The notes below the pieces were generated by a model, which saw only the letters and a program-made list of their open reading frames with translations, did no database searches and was not told the origin of the DNA. A program made the position numbers and the translations under genes. Shown piece by piece: positions 1 through 9,402 of a stretch of DNA of 62,349 bases. The DNA comes from a virus (taxonomy: Duplodnaviria; Caudoviricetes), in the IMG/VR virus record IMGVR_UViG_3300028388_005459, positions 1 through 62,349 of that record, one strand, 5' to 3'. How positions within the stretch are numbered: the first letter of the stretch is position 1; each line of letters starts with the position of its first letter.

Positions 1-819
1 GCGAGAGGGCTTTTCGTCTTCATCTTCCCGCTCTCGTGATCGAGAGCGAGAGGGCTTCTCGTCTTCGTCGCCGTCTTCCTTGTCGCCGGCAGCTTCGCCC
101 TCGAAAAGCGCCTTGACGTATTCGTAAGTGGGCTCCTTGACCATTTCGTCCAAAGGAAAAGCAGAGTCCATTTGCTCTTCTGTCGGGCCATCCCAATCAA
201 GGCAAGTGAAAGACTTGAACCGCAGAAATTTGGAGCCTCTGAAAGAGTCCTCCTCTGCGCGAAACTTGATCCCCACGTCCGTGATCGAGTCTTCGCCACT
301 TGCTTTCGCTTCTCCCCACGCCTCTTGCTCAAAAAAGGAATGGTTTGCGCCGAAGATCAAAATTTCTGGCTTTTTGGCCTCAAGATCAATCACGTTATAG
401 TAGACCATCGGGTTCGGGGCTGGGAAAAGACTTTTTGCCTCTTCGCGAGGCAGTGTGCTTGCGTATTCGCAGATCGGGCACGCTTTGCCAAAAGTTTTCG
501 CGCGACAAACAACACGATCACGATTTACGCCAACGTCTCGATGGAAAAACACGTGGACCTTATACCACCACTCGCCCTTCTCGAAGCTTTCCCCTTCGTC
601 GCTGTAGGCGCCGTCAATAAGGCGCCCAGAGATTTGGAACGGGATAATCGCGATTTTGTAACGAGTGTCCTTCTCGACATTGAGGAACTTGACGTCCTTT
701 TGATCAGTGAGAGAAAGGTAACGGCTTCCGCCTCCGCGTGAGACCGCGTCCTTTTCTCGTCTTTGACGCTCCCGCATGCCTTTCAACCGATCTTTCGCGC
801 TTTGCTGTTTCCTTGCCAT
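1..819 (-). CDS. T4 gp32-like single-stranded DNA-binding protein, N-terminal part (runs off the left edge)
   Basis: Not in the ORF track; translated by hand. ATG at 819 with AGGAG RBS, frame open to position 1. Contains VCxxKTFGKACPICE, YYNVID and an acidic/SR-rich linker. Confidence 0.75.
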   Translation of the reverse strand, partial: MARKQQSAKDRLKGMRERQRREKDAVSRGGGSRYLSLTDQKDVKFLNVEKDTRYKIAIIPFQISGRLIDGAYSDEGESFEKGEWWYKVHVFFHRDVGVNRDRVVCRAKTFGKACPICEYASTLPREEAKSLFPAPNPMVYYNVIDLEAKKPEILIFGANHSFFEQEAWGEAKASGEDSITDVGIKFRAEEDSFRGSKFLRFKSFTCLDWDGPTEEQMDSAFPLDEMVKEPTYEYVKALFEGEAAGDKEDGDEDEKPSRSRSREREDEDEKPSR

Positions 820-842
820 AAAAATCTCCTTGTGTTTGGTTG

Positions 843-1022
843 TTAATGTTTCGACAGTTCGCGATTTTCAAGGACAGATTCAAACGCGACAGCTTTCACT
901 TTATGCGTGGTGCCATCAAACGTTTTGTCCTCGTCCCAATAAACGCGAACGTTTTGGATTACAATGCCCGTTTCATCGCAAACTTGCTGAACTGCTTTCA
1001 ACAAGTGTAAATGCGAATTCAT
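843..1022 (-). CDS. small hypothetical protein (59 aa, MNSHLHLLKAVQQV...)
   Basis: AGGAGG RBS, ATG at 1022, TAA at 843-845; below the ORF-track size cutoff. Confidence 0.65.
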   Translation of the reverse strand: MNSHLHLLKAVQQVCDETGIVIQNVRVYWDEDKTFDGTTHKVKAVAFESVLENRELSKH

Positions 1023-1033
1023 GATGATACCTC

Positions 1034-1168
1034 CTAGTGATATTTTTTCTTTTCCTCAAACCAAGATTTGGCAACCGCCTTCGACCACAAACGCAAGAGC
1101 GCATAGGACAAAGGCAAGAAAATCGCTAAGGAAAGAAGGATCAAAAGAAATTGTTCAGCAGGGTTCAT
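1034..1168 (-). CDS. small membrane protein (44 aa, MNPAEQFLLILLSLAIFLPL...)
   Basis: TAATG coupling with the upstream gene; one hydrophobic helix followed by a basic tail. Confidence 0.6.
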   Translation of the reverse strand: MNPAEQFLLILLSLAIFLPLSYALLRLWSKAVAKSWFEEKKKYH

Positions 1169-1671
1169 TATTTTCCCCTCTTAAATTTTTCCCTCTGTTT
1201 TTTCTCGCCCTCCTTGACGGCGAGTTTGCGATTTTCAAAGCGTCGCCCGGGCTCTACGTCGACAGCCTCCGCAGGTCCGGCCCAAAATTGGCTCCTTAGA
1301 AGATCAACGGCGCCTTGCAACCCGGTTTTCTTTCTTCTCATAGCCTCCGTGAGTGCTTGAGCGTCGAGAAGCGCGCGACGCGCCTTGATTAATCGCTCTT
1401 GCCTTTCCTGGACCTCGTCGGAAGAGACAATGGCAGCGCTCACCGTCGATTCGGTCACTTTCACCAGATTGTATTCGCCGGGACGCTCGCGGATGTCAAG
1501 CTCGACTTTCGCCTTTGCGAGATCAAGCGCGGCCTTCGCCTTGTCGTATTTTTCTTGATGGGCGGCTTCGTCTTTGGCATAGTGGTAAAATTGCTGCGCG
1601 TAATTGAAACAGTCTTCATGCAGTGTCCAAGGGTCAATTCCGATGTCTCTTTTAAAATCGTGCTCACTCAT
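1168..1671 (-). CDS. UvsY-like recombination mediator
   Basis: Helical protein with LxKVTESTVSAAI; lies near the SSB gene; start chosen from AGGAG RBS. Confidence 0.55.
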   Translation of the reverse strand: MSEHDFKRDIGIDPWTLHEDCFNYAQQFYHYAKDEAAHQEKYDKAKAALDLAKAKVELDIRERPGEYNLVKVTESTVSAAIVSSDEVQERQERLIKARRALLDAQALTEAMRRKKTGLQGAVDLLRSQFWAGPAEAVDVEPGRRFENRKLAVKEGEKKQREKFKRGK

Positions 1672-1690
1672 GTCATTCTCCTTTAATCGT

Positions 1691-1720
1691 GTTATAGCCA
1701 AAAATTAAAAAAATCAAAAG
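1691..1720 (-). promoter_or_regulatory. promoter with TGGC-TATAAC -10
   Basis: One of seven TGGCTAT(A/T)A elements upstream of minus-strand genes. Confidence 0.55.
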
Positions 1721-2658
1721 GGGATTTGTTCGTCTTCAAGCGCTCGACGACAGCAAACAACAAGCCGATCTTTTGCCATGTCGAAAAAAGACGTTTCAGA
1801 GAAAACTTCCAAAACAATCTGCGCTTGCATGGACGGGTTGTCGTCTTTGAGAAGAACCGCGCGCATATATCCGCAGACAGCATTTTGAATACTTTTGGGG
1901 TCCTCTTTTTTCAACAGGTCCCGCACGAGAACGCGAACTTTTCCCCAGCTCTCTTTTCCAAGCAAAGCTCGACATAGATTGATTATTTCGGGAAGTTCGT
2001 CGAGAGTGTCGAATTTGTGGGTTATCATTTCGCGCTTGCTCATCCCGACGATATCGTTCAAAAGGACGAGCAACGTTCGCGGAGTCCCGTCCGCCGCATC
2101 AACGGCGCGTTTTATCGTCTTTTGTGGGATATCAATTTTCGCCTTCTCAGCCACAGAGCTTGCAAGATTTTCAAGATCCTTATCGTCGAGTTGAGATACT
2201 CGATATGTTTGGGCTCGATCTCGAAAGGTGGGCAAGAGCTTTGTTGGCTCTGTAGTGCAGCAGAAAAAGAAAACATGGGGAGGCGTATCTTCGAGACTCT
2301 TCAAAAGAGCATTCTGGAATTCTTTGTTGGTTTGATGGACCTCGTCGAGGATAAACGCCTGATTTCCAGTGTCGCTCAAAAGAGTTCGATATGGGAGGCG
2401 CTCGATCATGTCTCGCGCAGTCCCAATCCCACGATTGTCCGCCATGTCGATTTCAGTTTTGTTGCATTGGAAGGTCTCTGCCATGATTCTGGCAAGCGTC
2501 GTTTTCCCGCAGCCTTTTGGGCCATGAAAGAGATAGACTTGCGGAAGACTCTTCCCTTGCTCATAGCTTTGGATATGTCGCGTCAGAGCTTTGACCGTTG
2601 ACTCATTGCCAAAAACCTCATCAAGAGTTTTCGGCCGGTATTCAGTATGGAGTTTCAT
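1714..2658 (-). CDS. dnaX: clamp loader AAA+ ATPase (DNA pol III gamma/tau-like)
   Basis: YRPKTLDEVFG, Walker A GPKGCGKT, ILDEVH, NALLKSLEDTP. Confidence 0.9.
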   Translation of the reverse strand: MKLHTEYRPKTLDEVFGNESTVKALTRHIQSYEQGKSLPQVYLFHGPKGCGKTTLARIMAETFQCNKTEIDMADNRGIGTARDMIERLPYRTLLSDTGNQAFILDEVHQTNKEFQNALLKSLEDTPPHVFFFCCTTEPTKLLPTFRDRAQTYRVSQLDDKDLENLASSVAEKAKIDIPQKTIKRAVDAADGTPRTLLVLLNDIVGMSKREMITHKFDTLDELPEIINLCRALLGKESWGKVRVLVRDLLKKEDPKSIQNAVCGYMRAVLLKDDNPSMQAQIVLEVFSETSFFDMAKDRLVVCCRRALEDEQIPF

Positions 2659-3491
2659 TATACCCCTCCATTTTCTTTATTCGCGTTCCAATCTCGAGCC
2701 TTCACTTTAGCCCAAGTCTTCTCGATAGCGCTTTGAAAATGGATGTCGCTATATACGCAATGCCAGGCCAGCAATGCCATGATCGTTCGAACTGCGGTAA
2801 TTTTTTTGGATTCGTGATCATCGGGCCGGATTCCCTGTTCGCTCTTTAAATGCGAATGCGCGAGGCTGCCCGCTGCGATAACAAGCTGGGCGGGCAAATC
2901 GACTCGAGACAAATGGTCAAATTCTCCTGACGAGTCTTCGTCATATTTTGCCTCCAGAGCGTCGGGAGTGTCGCGAATGCAGCCAAAAAAATCGTATCCA
3001 TTGCGATTGCAATAATGGACCAGAAAGATCACGATATCTCCTACAGCGTCGATTTTTTCCTCCCTGTTCTCTTTCATGTCCGCAGAGAACAGTTCTCCAA
3101 TCTCTTCAAAGATGCCGAGCAATGGATGCCACGAAGGAGAATCGGGAAAATTCTTTTTGGCCCACGCCCGGTGCTCGACCTGAAGAGTCGTCATGGTTAA
3201 GCGCTCTGTCTTCACTTTTTCCCTTAGGAGGTTGTCTCCGCAAGAAAAGTCATGGCAACCGTGACAGTTCTGGATGCGGTAGAGTTCGCAAATCGCTTTA
3301 AAACCGCCGCTGAGGACTCTTCGATAATCATCCATCGGGATCGAGATTGTTTCCGGTTCAGAGCGTCCAACGTGGGCTGAGCAAGAGCAGCAAACCACCA
3401 TGCTCTCCACAAGCTCGAAAGTGTCTCCCTTGCAGTGTGGACATTGCATCGTCGCCTTAAACAAAGTTCGTGTTCGTTGTTTTTTCCCCAT
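2658..3491 (-). CDS. MazG-like nucleotide pyrophosphohydrolase with N-terminal Cys-rich region
   Basis: EEIGEL...DAVGDIVIFL MazG-type motif; several CxxC pairs in the N-terminus. Confidence 0.7.
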   Translation of the reverse strand: MGKKQRTRTLFKATMQCPHCKGDTFELVESMVVCCSCSAHVGRSEPETISIPMDDYRRVLSGGFKAICELYRIQNCHGCHDFSCGDNLLREKVKTERLTMTTLQVEHRAWAKKNFPDSPSWHPLLGIFEEIGELFSADMKENREEKIDAVGDIVIFLVHYCNRNGYDFFGCIRDTPDALEAKYDEDSSGEFDHLSRVDLPAQLVIAAGSLAHSHLKSEQGIRPDDHESKKITAVRTIMALLAWHCVYSDIHFQSAIEKTWAKVKARDWNANKENGGV

Positions 3492-3493
3492 CT

Positions 3494-6400
3494 TTAACCC
3501 TCCAACGTTTGAATGAAGTTTTCAACCCCTTCTCGAAAAAGGGGCAGGTTCTTTGTCTCGTTTCTCAATACTGCTGAGGGATGAATCCCCCAACAAACCC
3601 AAGCGTTAAGCCCGCTCAAATATTCTGTGGTTCCACACTTTTTCATGATGCCCCCTTTCTCTCCAGTCAGCGCCTGAAGAGGCACGTTTCCCAGCGCGAG
3701 AATGATGGGAGTGTCGAGATTCTCGATTTCTTCATCAAGCCAGCGAAAACAAGGGCTGATATGCTCGGGTTTTGGTGTCTTTGTTCGCGAAGGATAACAT
3801 CGGCAGGTGTTAGCAACATGAAAGTGTCTGCGCGCCCATCCATGGGCTTCGATTTCCTCCCAGAGTTTCTTGCCTGCCGGCCCTTTAAACGCCTTGCCTA
3901 TCTTGTCTTCCATCCGGCCAGGAGCCTCTCCCAAGATCATCGCGTTATAAATCCCCAAGTCAGTCATTATTGGCTTTCGACACTCCTCCCTCAAATCGCA
4001 CCGTTCACAAGACACCATATTGGCTCTGTAACGCCTCCTTTTTAAGGCCGGGGGTTCGATAGGGGCGGAGTCGGGAAAAGCGAAATCGAACAAGTCCCGC
4101 GCTTTCTGCGGGAGATTTCCTTCAGGATCAAACGCGTTTACTTCCAGCAGAATCTCCCGGACCTTTTTGTTTTTAATCTCTGCGCTCTTGTCGTCCTTGA
4201 AAAACCCTGCCCGCTTCGCTTGCTTAGAGACTACGCATTGGCTTGCTGTTGACTCTCCAATGCCTTTGATTTCGATGAATGGACAGACAAGCGTGTTGTC
4301 TTCAGCAGACCAAGCGAAGGGAGATGAGCGCCCAACTTTGGGCGGGAGAATCGAGAGCCCAAGCCTGCCGGCCTCTTTTAAAAGCTCGTCCTTTTGCGAT
4401 TCTCTTCCATAGCTGAGCGACGCGCAAATAAACTCCGTAGGATAATGCAGTTTGAGCCAAGCCGTCCAATAGCCAATAAGCGCGTATTCGACAGAATGCG
4501 CGCGGTTAAAACTGTAATGGGCATGGTTTTTGAGATCGTCCCAAAAGCGCTTCCCTTGCCCCAGTGTGATAAGATCGACGTTCTCCACGCCTTCTAAGAA
4601 CTTTTCTTTGTATGGTTCAAGCTCTTTTGGGTCTCGTTTTTTCGCGAGAATCTTTCGGATTTTATCTGCTTCGCTCAACGTCATACCCGCGAGCGTATGG
4701 AGGAATGTCATAACTTGCTCTTGATATACAATTAGGCCCAGAGTATCGCACGTAATCCTGTTATATTCTTCAGTCTCTCCATCCCAGCTTGCGCCGTGTC
4801 GTCTCTCAACATATTGCTCTGTTATCCCGCTATCTGCCGGACCTGGGCGGACAAGCGCGATTGCCGCAGCCATATCTTCGAAGTTTCGAGGCTTCAATTC
4901 TTGGGCAAGTTTCGTCATTGCCCAAGTTCCCCATTGAAAGACGCCAACAGTGTTTCCCTCGCTGAGCATGTCGAAAACGCGCATGTCGTTCAAAGGGAAA
5001 TGATTTGGCGCGTCTTTTGTAGAGCTTAGGCAAGGCGTGAGTTCTTCATTTTCCTCTCCTATTTTTCCAAAAAAGAAGGCATCGCTTTCAGGATGCCAAA
5101 AGAATCCTTCCCCGTGATTTCCCTCGATCAGTTCGAGACAAGCCGAAATTACGGAAAGAGTATTCAATCCCAGAATGTCAAGTTTAATCAACCCCATAAA
5201 TTCGGAATCTTCCATGTCCCAATTTATGAGAATCTCGTTTTTACGGCGACAGAGAACGCCCTTGCCAGTGTCTTCAATTTTTTCTGGAGATACGATTACT
5301 GCCGCGGCATGTTGACTCGCGTGGCGGATTTTTCCTTCCAGAACTGCGGCATGGCGAACGACGCGAGGCCATTTTTTGCGAAAGCTCTTTCCTTCTCCAT
5401 TCGCGTGATCTTCAACCGTCGTTCCCTTGTTGTCGTCCGTATATTCAATGCCTTTCGCGAATTCATCAACCTCGTCCAAAGGAACGTCGAACACGCGCGC
5501 AACGTCCCGAATAACCGCCTTCCCTTTCATTCGTCCAAATGTCGAGACGCCAGCCACGCATCCCTCTCCATAAGTCGATTCGAGATATTTTTTGACCAAG
5601 TCGCGCTTTCTGTCCTCTACGTCAATGTCGATATCTGGCCAATCAACTCGATCCGCTGAAATAAATCGCTCGAAAACAAGCCCATAACGAAGAGGGTCCA
5701 CTTGTGTAATCCCGAGACAGTATGCAACAAGAGAGCCGCCGACAGAACCCCGCCCTGGGCCAACTCGAATATTGTTCCGCCCGCACCATTCAATAAGATC
5801 AAGGACGATTAAGAAATATCGAGCGAACCCCTTTTCCTCTATAATTTTTAGTTCATGCTTTATCTGTCGGACATAATCGTCCTGTCCCATTTCATTGGGC
5901 AAGACATTTTCGAGCCCCTCCCAAACCTTTGTCTCGAGCTCCATTTGATCGACAGTCTGGACAGACTCGCTTGCCCAGCCTTTTGAATCGTGTTGAATCT
6001 TTCTTTTTATTGGAGGGGAAGGAAGAGAAATTGTCTGCTGTTTCAGTTCAAATTCTTCACAAGATTTCGCCACTTTTATCGTATTTCGCAATGCGCCTAA
6101 ATATTCGCTCTTGCCCCAAAAGCCTTGATCTTCAAAGGCGTCAACCATTTCCTTGTAGGATCGCAAATGGAGGCCGTGACATTGAAAGCGAAATCGCTCA
6201 GGATCTTTCCATCTCGCCTTCGTTTGAATGGCCATCAAAACCTCTTGACTTTCCCAATCCTCTTCAAGAATATAATGGCAGTCATTCGTCGCGAGCAAGG
6301 GCGCAAATTGCTTGACCTCATCGACCATCTTATTCACGATTTCTTGTGTCTCGAATTTGTGGGGCATAATTTCGAGATATGTAGGAATATTCGCGTCTAT

Positions 6401-6862
6401 CATTTCAAGGAAAAGGTCTGAAACGTCTTCAGACGCCCGAAGGAAAGTAGACGCGCAAGCAGTCCCGAAAATTAAGCCAGAGCTATGCTTGATATGTTCG
6501 CGAAGCATGGCCGCATCGATTCTTGGCTTATAATAAAAGCCTTCGAGATTCGCCTTTGAAAGCATCCGGCAGAGACTTTTCCATCCCTCTTCATTTTGGA
6601 CCCAAATCGTTACGTGCCCGCGAAATTCTTTTTGCTTATCGAAGCGATTGGATATTATATAGCTCTCGCAGCCAAAGATGGGGATGATCTCGTGTTCTTT
6701 ACAGGCCCTTTGAAAGCGAATATGCCCATCAATATTTCCATGATCCGTGCAGCCAAGATACTTGAAGCCAAGTTCTTGTGCGCGCTGCGCATATTCTTTT
6801 GCCGTCCCAAGCCCGTCCAAGAGCGAGTATTCTGTATGAAGATGGAGATGGCAGAAATTCAT
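3494..6862 (-). CDS. dnaE: DNA polymerase III alpha subunit fused to a C-terminal family-4 uracil-DNA glycosylase domain
   Basis: PHP domain HLHLHTEYSLLDG; GRGSVGGS; PDIDID; KLDILGL; FNRAH. C-terminus has CxxC, GEAPG and HPSA. Confidence 0.95.
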   Translation of the reverse strand: MNFCHLHLHTEYSLLDGLGTAKEYAQRAQELGFKYLGCTDHGNIDGHIRFQRACKEHEIIPIFGCESYIISNRFDKQKEFRGHVTIWVQNEEGWKSLCRMLSKANLEGFYYKPRIDAAMLREHIKHSSGLIFGTACASTFLRASEDVSDLFLEMIDANIPTYLEIMPHKFETQEIVNKMVDEVKQFAPLLATNDCHYILEEDWESQEVLMAIQTKARWKDPERFRFQCHGLHLRSYKEMVDAFEDQGFWGKSEYLGALRNTIKVAKSCEEFELKQQTISLPSPPIKRKIQHDSKGWASESVQTVDQMELETKVWEGLENVLPNEMGQDDYVRQIKHELKIIEEKGFARYFLIVLDLIEWCGRNNIRVGPGRGSVGGSLVAYCLGITQVDPLRYGLVFERFISADRVDWPDIDIDVEDRKRDLVKKYLESTYGEGCVAGVSTFGRMKGKAVIRDVARVFDVPLDEVDEFAKGIEYTDDNKGTTVEDHANGEGKSFRKKWPRVVRHAAVLEGKIRHASQHAAAVIVSPEKIEDTGKGVLCRRKNEILINWDMEDSEFMGLIKLDILGLNTLSVISACLELIEGNHGEGFFWHPESDAFFFGKIGEENEELTPCLSSTKDAPNHFPLNDMRVFDMLSEGNTVGVFQWGTWAMTKLAQELKPRNFEDMAAAIALVRPGPADSGITEQYVERRHGASWDGETEEYNRITCDTLGLIVYQEQVMTFLHTLAGMTLSEADKIRKILAKKRDPKELEPYKEKFLEGVENVDLITLGQGKRFWDDLKNHAHYSFNRAHSVEYALIGYWTAWLKLHYPTEFICASLSYGRESQKDELLKEAGRLGLSILPPKVGRSSPFAWSAEDNTLVCPFIEIKGIGESTASQCVVSKQAKRAGFFKDDKSAEIKNKKVREILLEVNAFDPEGNLPQKARDLFDFAFPDSAPIEPPALKRRRYRANMVSCERCDLREECRKPIMTDLGIYNAMILGEAPGRMEDKIGKAFKGPAGKKLWEEIEAHGWARRHFHVANTCRCYPSRTKTPKPEHISPCFRWLDEEIENLDTPIILALGNVPLQALTGEKGGIMKKCGTTEYLSGLNAWVCWGIHPSAVLRNETKNLPLFREGVENFIQTLEG

Positions 6863-7875
6863 TTTTTTACCTTTACAACCATAGCCACAACGTGATCCCA
6901 ATTCTCGCCCTTAAGTCGAACAACATCATCCGAAAGGATCATGATCGTTCCCTTTGCAATCGCCTCTGCGAAAAACGAAGGCGAGATCAAAAAGCTAAAG
7001 CTCTCGCCTTTATAGCGCAGAGTCAAGGGCTCCTCAAACCACCCCGCAGCATTTTTTGCAGAGATGACCATTTCATCTTCGACAATTGAGACGGTTACAA
7101 AGTCGTCACTTTCGAAATCCTGCTTGCAGAAAATGGAGGCTCGAGCGAGAACGTCCGACAAGCCTTTTGGCACCACGACCCTCTTGCCTTTTATCTTTAC
7201 AAGGTGACTGATATCGGGATAAGTTGCTTGCAAAATTCGAGACGAAAAGATCGTTTCTTTGTCAGTCAAAAAGTGGACCCAACCCGCGTTCTTTTTGTCT
7301 GCGCTCATGTTTTTGATCTTATATTTTGCAAGCTGTTTCGCTGCTGTTTCCGGAAGCAAGAATTCAAAGGGCATCTTTTCTCCGCGGACTCTTGTCAACC
7401 TTACTCCATCGCATGCTTCGACAATTCCTGATCGAGTAACGTGGACACAAGTTAGCTCTGGACGATTATAATCTTGCCCGCAGGAAAATGAAGTGAAAGC
7501 AAGAGAATTGGAAAAATCTGAGGGCATTTTTTTCCAATTGTCGATATCGCTAAAGTGGTCGACGGGGAGCTTGATTTCTGGATCAAGATTGATTCCCGCC
7601 TTTCCTTTTCCCGCTCGAATTCTTAGTTCATTTCCCTTTGATTCAAACGAGATTTCGTCAGATTTGATTTTCGACAGGAACTGGAACAGAGTATCCGCGC
7701 TTACAGCGCCGTTGACTTTGCAGCCAGGCAGTGGGTGAGAAATCGCGATACGATCATTAAAGGTAATGACTGTTTCGTCAACAAACGCCACGCATGTCGT
7801 CTGTTCCAAAATTTCCTTATTCGCCAAGCCAGGCTTGACGATAGAAAGAGCCTCAACAAGAGCGTCTTTTTTCAT
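6859..7875 (-). CDS. dnaN: DNA polymerase III beta sliding clamp
   Basis: 338 aa; PELTCVH, ACDGVRL, SSRILQATYPD; coupled to dnaE. Confidence 0.85.
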   Translation of the reverse strand: MKKDALVEALSIVKPGLANKEILEQTTCVAFVDETVITFNDRIAISHPLPGCKVNGAVSADTLFQFLSKIKSDEISFESKGNELRIRAGKGKAGINLDPEIKLPVDHFSDIDNWKKMPSDFSNSLAFTSFSCGQDYNRPELTCVHVTRSGIVEACDGVRLTRVRGEKMPFEFLLPETAAKQLAKYKIKNMSADKKNAGWVHFLTDKETIFSSRILQATYPDISHLVKIKGKRVVVPKGLSDVLARASIFCKQDFESDDFVTVSIVEDEMVISAKNAAGWFEEPLTLRYKGESFSFLISPSFFAEAIAKGTIMILSDDVVRLKGENWDHVVAMVVKVKK

Positions 7876-8144
7876 CTTTTCGCGTCCTTTCGCTGTTTGT
7901 CCTCAATCTCTCTTTGCGCTTCCCAAAAAATCTTTTTCGCTTCGCCCCGCCCATCACGCTCGTCCATTTGAAGAGCGGGGCGCTGCTTTACGTCGCGAAA
8001 AAAATCCAGCGCCTGGCAAGGAATCGTCTGCGCGATTTTCGCTGGCATATTCTGCAAAACAAACTCCTTGCCACGTGAATTGCGAACGCTGGTTCTCTCT
8101 TGCGAATATCCTCCTGAAGCGTCATTGGCGGCGAAAAGTTTCAT
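7872..8144 (-). CDS. hypothetical protein downstream of dpdA
   Basis: ATGA overlaps on both sides. Confidence 0.55.
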   Translation of the reverse strand: MKLFAANDASGGYSQERTSVRNSRGKEFVLQNMPAKIAQTIPCQALDFFRDVKQRPALQMDERDGRGEAKKIFWEAQREIEDKQRKDAKR

Positions 8145-8332
8145 TTTGTCTCCCTCCGTCTTTTCTTGATTTGGACAGCTTTAACCAAATTCTCTGTCCA
8201 TGGGTCTTTATAAAAAAAAGAGCCTAAACGTCGATAAGAGCCCTCGCATTTTTTGAGGGTAAAATTGGCAGCGTCAAGTTCGCTCTTAACATCTTTCATT
8301 TGCGGGAAGTTCCCCGCCAAATAAATTTTCAT
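8141..8332 (-). CDS. small DpdA-associated protein (MKIYLAG...RRLGSFFY)
   Basis: Translationally coupled to the dpdA-like gene. Confidence 0.6.
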   Translation of the reverse strand: MKIYLAGNFPQMKDVKSELDAANFTLKKCEGSYRRLGSFFYKDPWTENLVKAVQIKKRRRETK

Positions 8333-9336
8333 ATGCCAAGCCCGCGCGTAGCACCTTCAAATCTGGCATCTTTGTAGGCGGGGAGTATTTTTTCAAAATC
8401 GATATAATACCAAATATTGAGCTCGTCTCGTCGCTTGTAATTGTTCCCCGCCCCCATTTCTTCAATTGTTTCGATAAACCTTTCTCCGGGCCGATTTGGG
8501 TCTTTTATCTTGACAAGGCGTTCATTTGCCTGGCGCTTATAGTCTGCGCTTTCCCATCGAAAAGATGATTTTCCAAATTGATATTCCTTACCCTTTTCTG
8601 CGAGATACGCATCCACAATTTCTCGCGTCGATTCGGGCAAATTTCGATAATGATCAGGATCTTTCTTTTTGTTTGGAGCGAAGAACGATTCCGCCGACAA
8701 GGTAATTTTTAGGGGCTCTTGCGTATAATCCCAGCTTCCATCTTTTGTTCGGGGGACATAAATCTGTCCATGCCGCCCGACAGTCACCCAAGATGCTGAG
8801 TCAACAGAATACCAGGGGTATCGCATCATGAGGCGGAATGAAGTGACTGCGAATCCATGAAACTTGACGATAGGCCGCCCATTTCTGTCGGTGACCCAAG
8901 ACATGCAGTTGTCGAGCCATGATCTCTTTTCCGCTGTCGTCTTGTCATTCGCGGGAGAAAGCCCGATATACTCGAACAAGTCAAGCATTTTTTCAAGCCA
9001 CTTAAAATTTTCGCCTTGATGGAATACGGGAATTAACTGATTTTTAGGAATCCCTGCGTCGACCATGCGCATAAGATTCTTCCATCCCTGTTTTGCCGCA
9101 GCTTCTATTATTTGTGGAGTCTCGGGATTGTATGGATGGGGTGAAACGCCTCGACTCTGACTTGTCGATCCACGATTTGTCGCTGCGCTTGGGATTACGT
9201 CGAGATTGACGAAATAATCCACAACATCGAGTCGATCAAGGCAGTATGAAATGTAATCGTCAAGCAAGATTTCGGCGCCAATATTCCAAGCAGAAAATGC
9301 CCCCGAATCCATAATCAATTCGATCTCTCTTGCCAC
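8329..9336 (-). CDS. dpdA: DpdA-like DNA 7-deazaguanine transglycosylase (TGT-fold)
   Basis: DSGAFS, LDVIP, PVFHQGE, HGFAVT and PWYSVDSASW motifs; adjacent to que genes; GTG start after AGGAG. Confidence 0.85.
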   Translation of the reverse strand: MAREIELIMDSGAFSAWNIGAEILLDDYISYCLDRLDVVDYFVNLDVIPSAATNRGSTSQSRGVSPHPYNPETPQIIEAAAKQGWKNLMRMVDAGIPKNQLIPVFHQGENFKWLEKMLDLFEYIGLSPANDKTTAEKRSWLDNCMSWVTDRNGRPIVKFHGFAVTSFRLMMRYPWYSVDSASWVTVGRHGQIYVPRTKDGSWDYTQEPLKITLSAESFFAPNKKKDPDHYRNLPESTREIVDAYLAEKGKEYQFGKSSFRWESADYKRQANERLVKIKDPNRPGERFIETIEEMGAGNNYKRRDELNIWYYIDFEKILPAYKDARFEGATRGLGI

Positions 9337-9370
9337 GATTTCTCCTTTCTTTGGGCTTGACTTTTTCTGC

Positions 9371-9400
9371 ATTATAGCCAAGCCCAAAGAAAGCGCAAAA
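9371..9400 (-). promoter_or_regulatory. promoter of dpdA (TTGCGC...TGGC-TATAAT)
   Basis: Consensus -10 with the conserved TGGC extension. Confidence 0.65.
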
Positions 9401-9402
9401 AA

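Noticed and set aside
128-1024. Plus-strand ORFs 128-400, 172-741, 300-620 and 776-1024
   Set aside because: Shadows of the minus-strand SSB and small genes, which have RBSs and recognisable motifs
2658-3491. MazG as part of a 2-aminoadenine (Z-genome) pathway
   Set aside because: No PurZ or DatZ-like gene seen
5000-5125. Insertion in DnaE (GFFWHPESDAFFF...) as an intein
   Set aside because: Only ~35 aa and lacks intein terminal motifs
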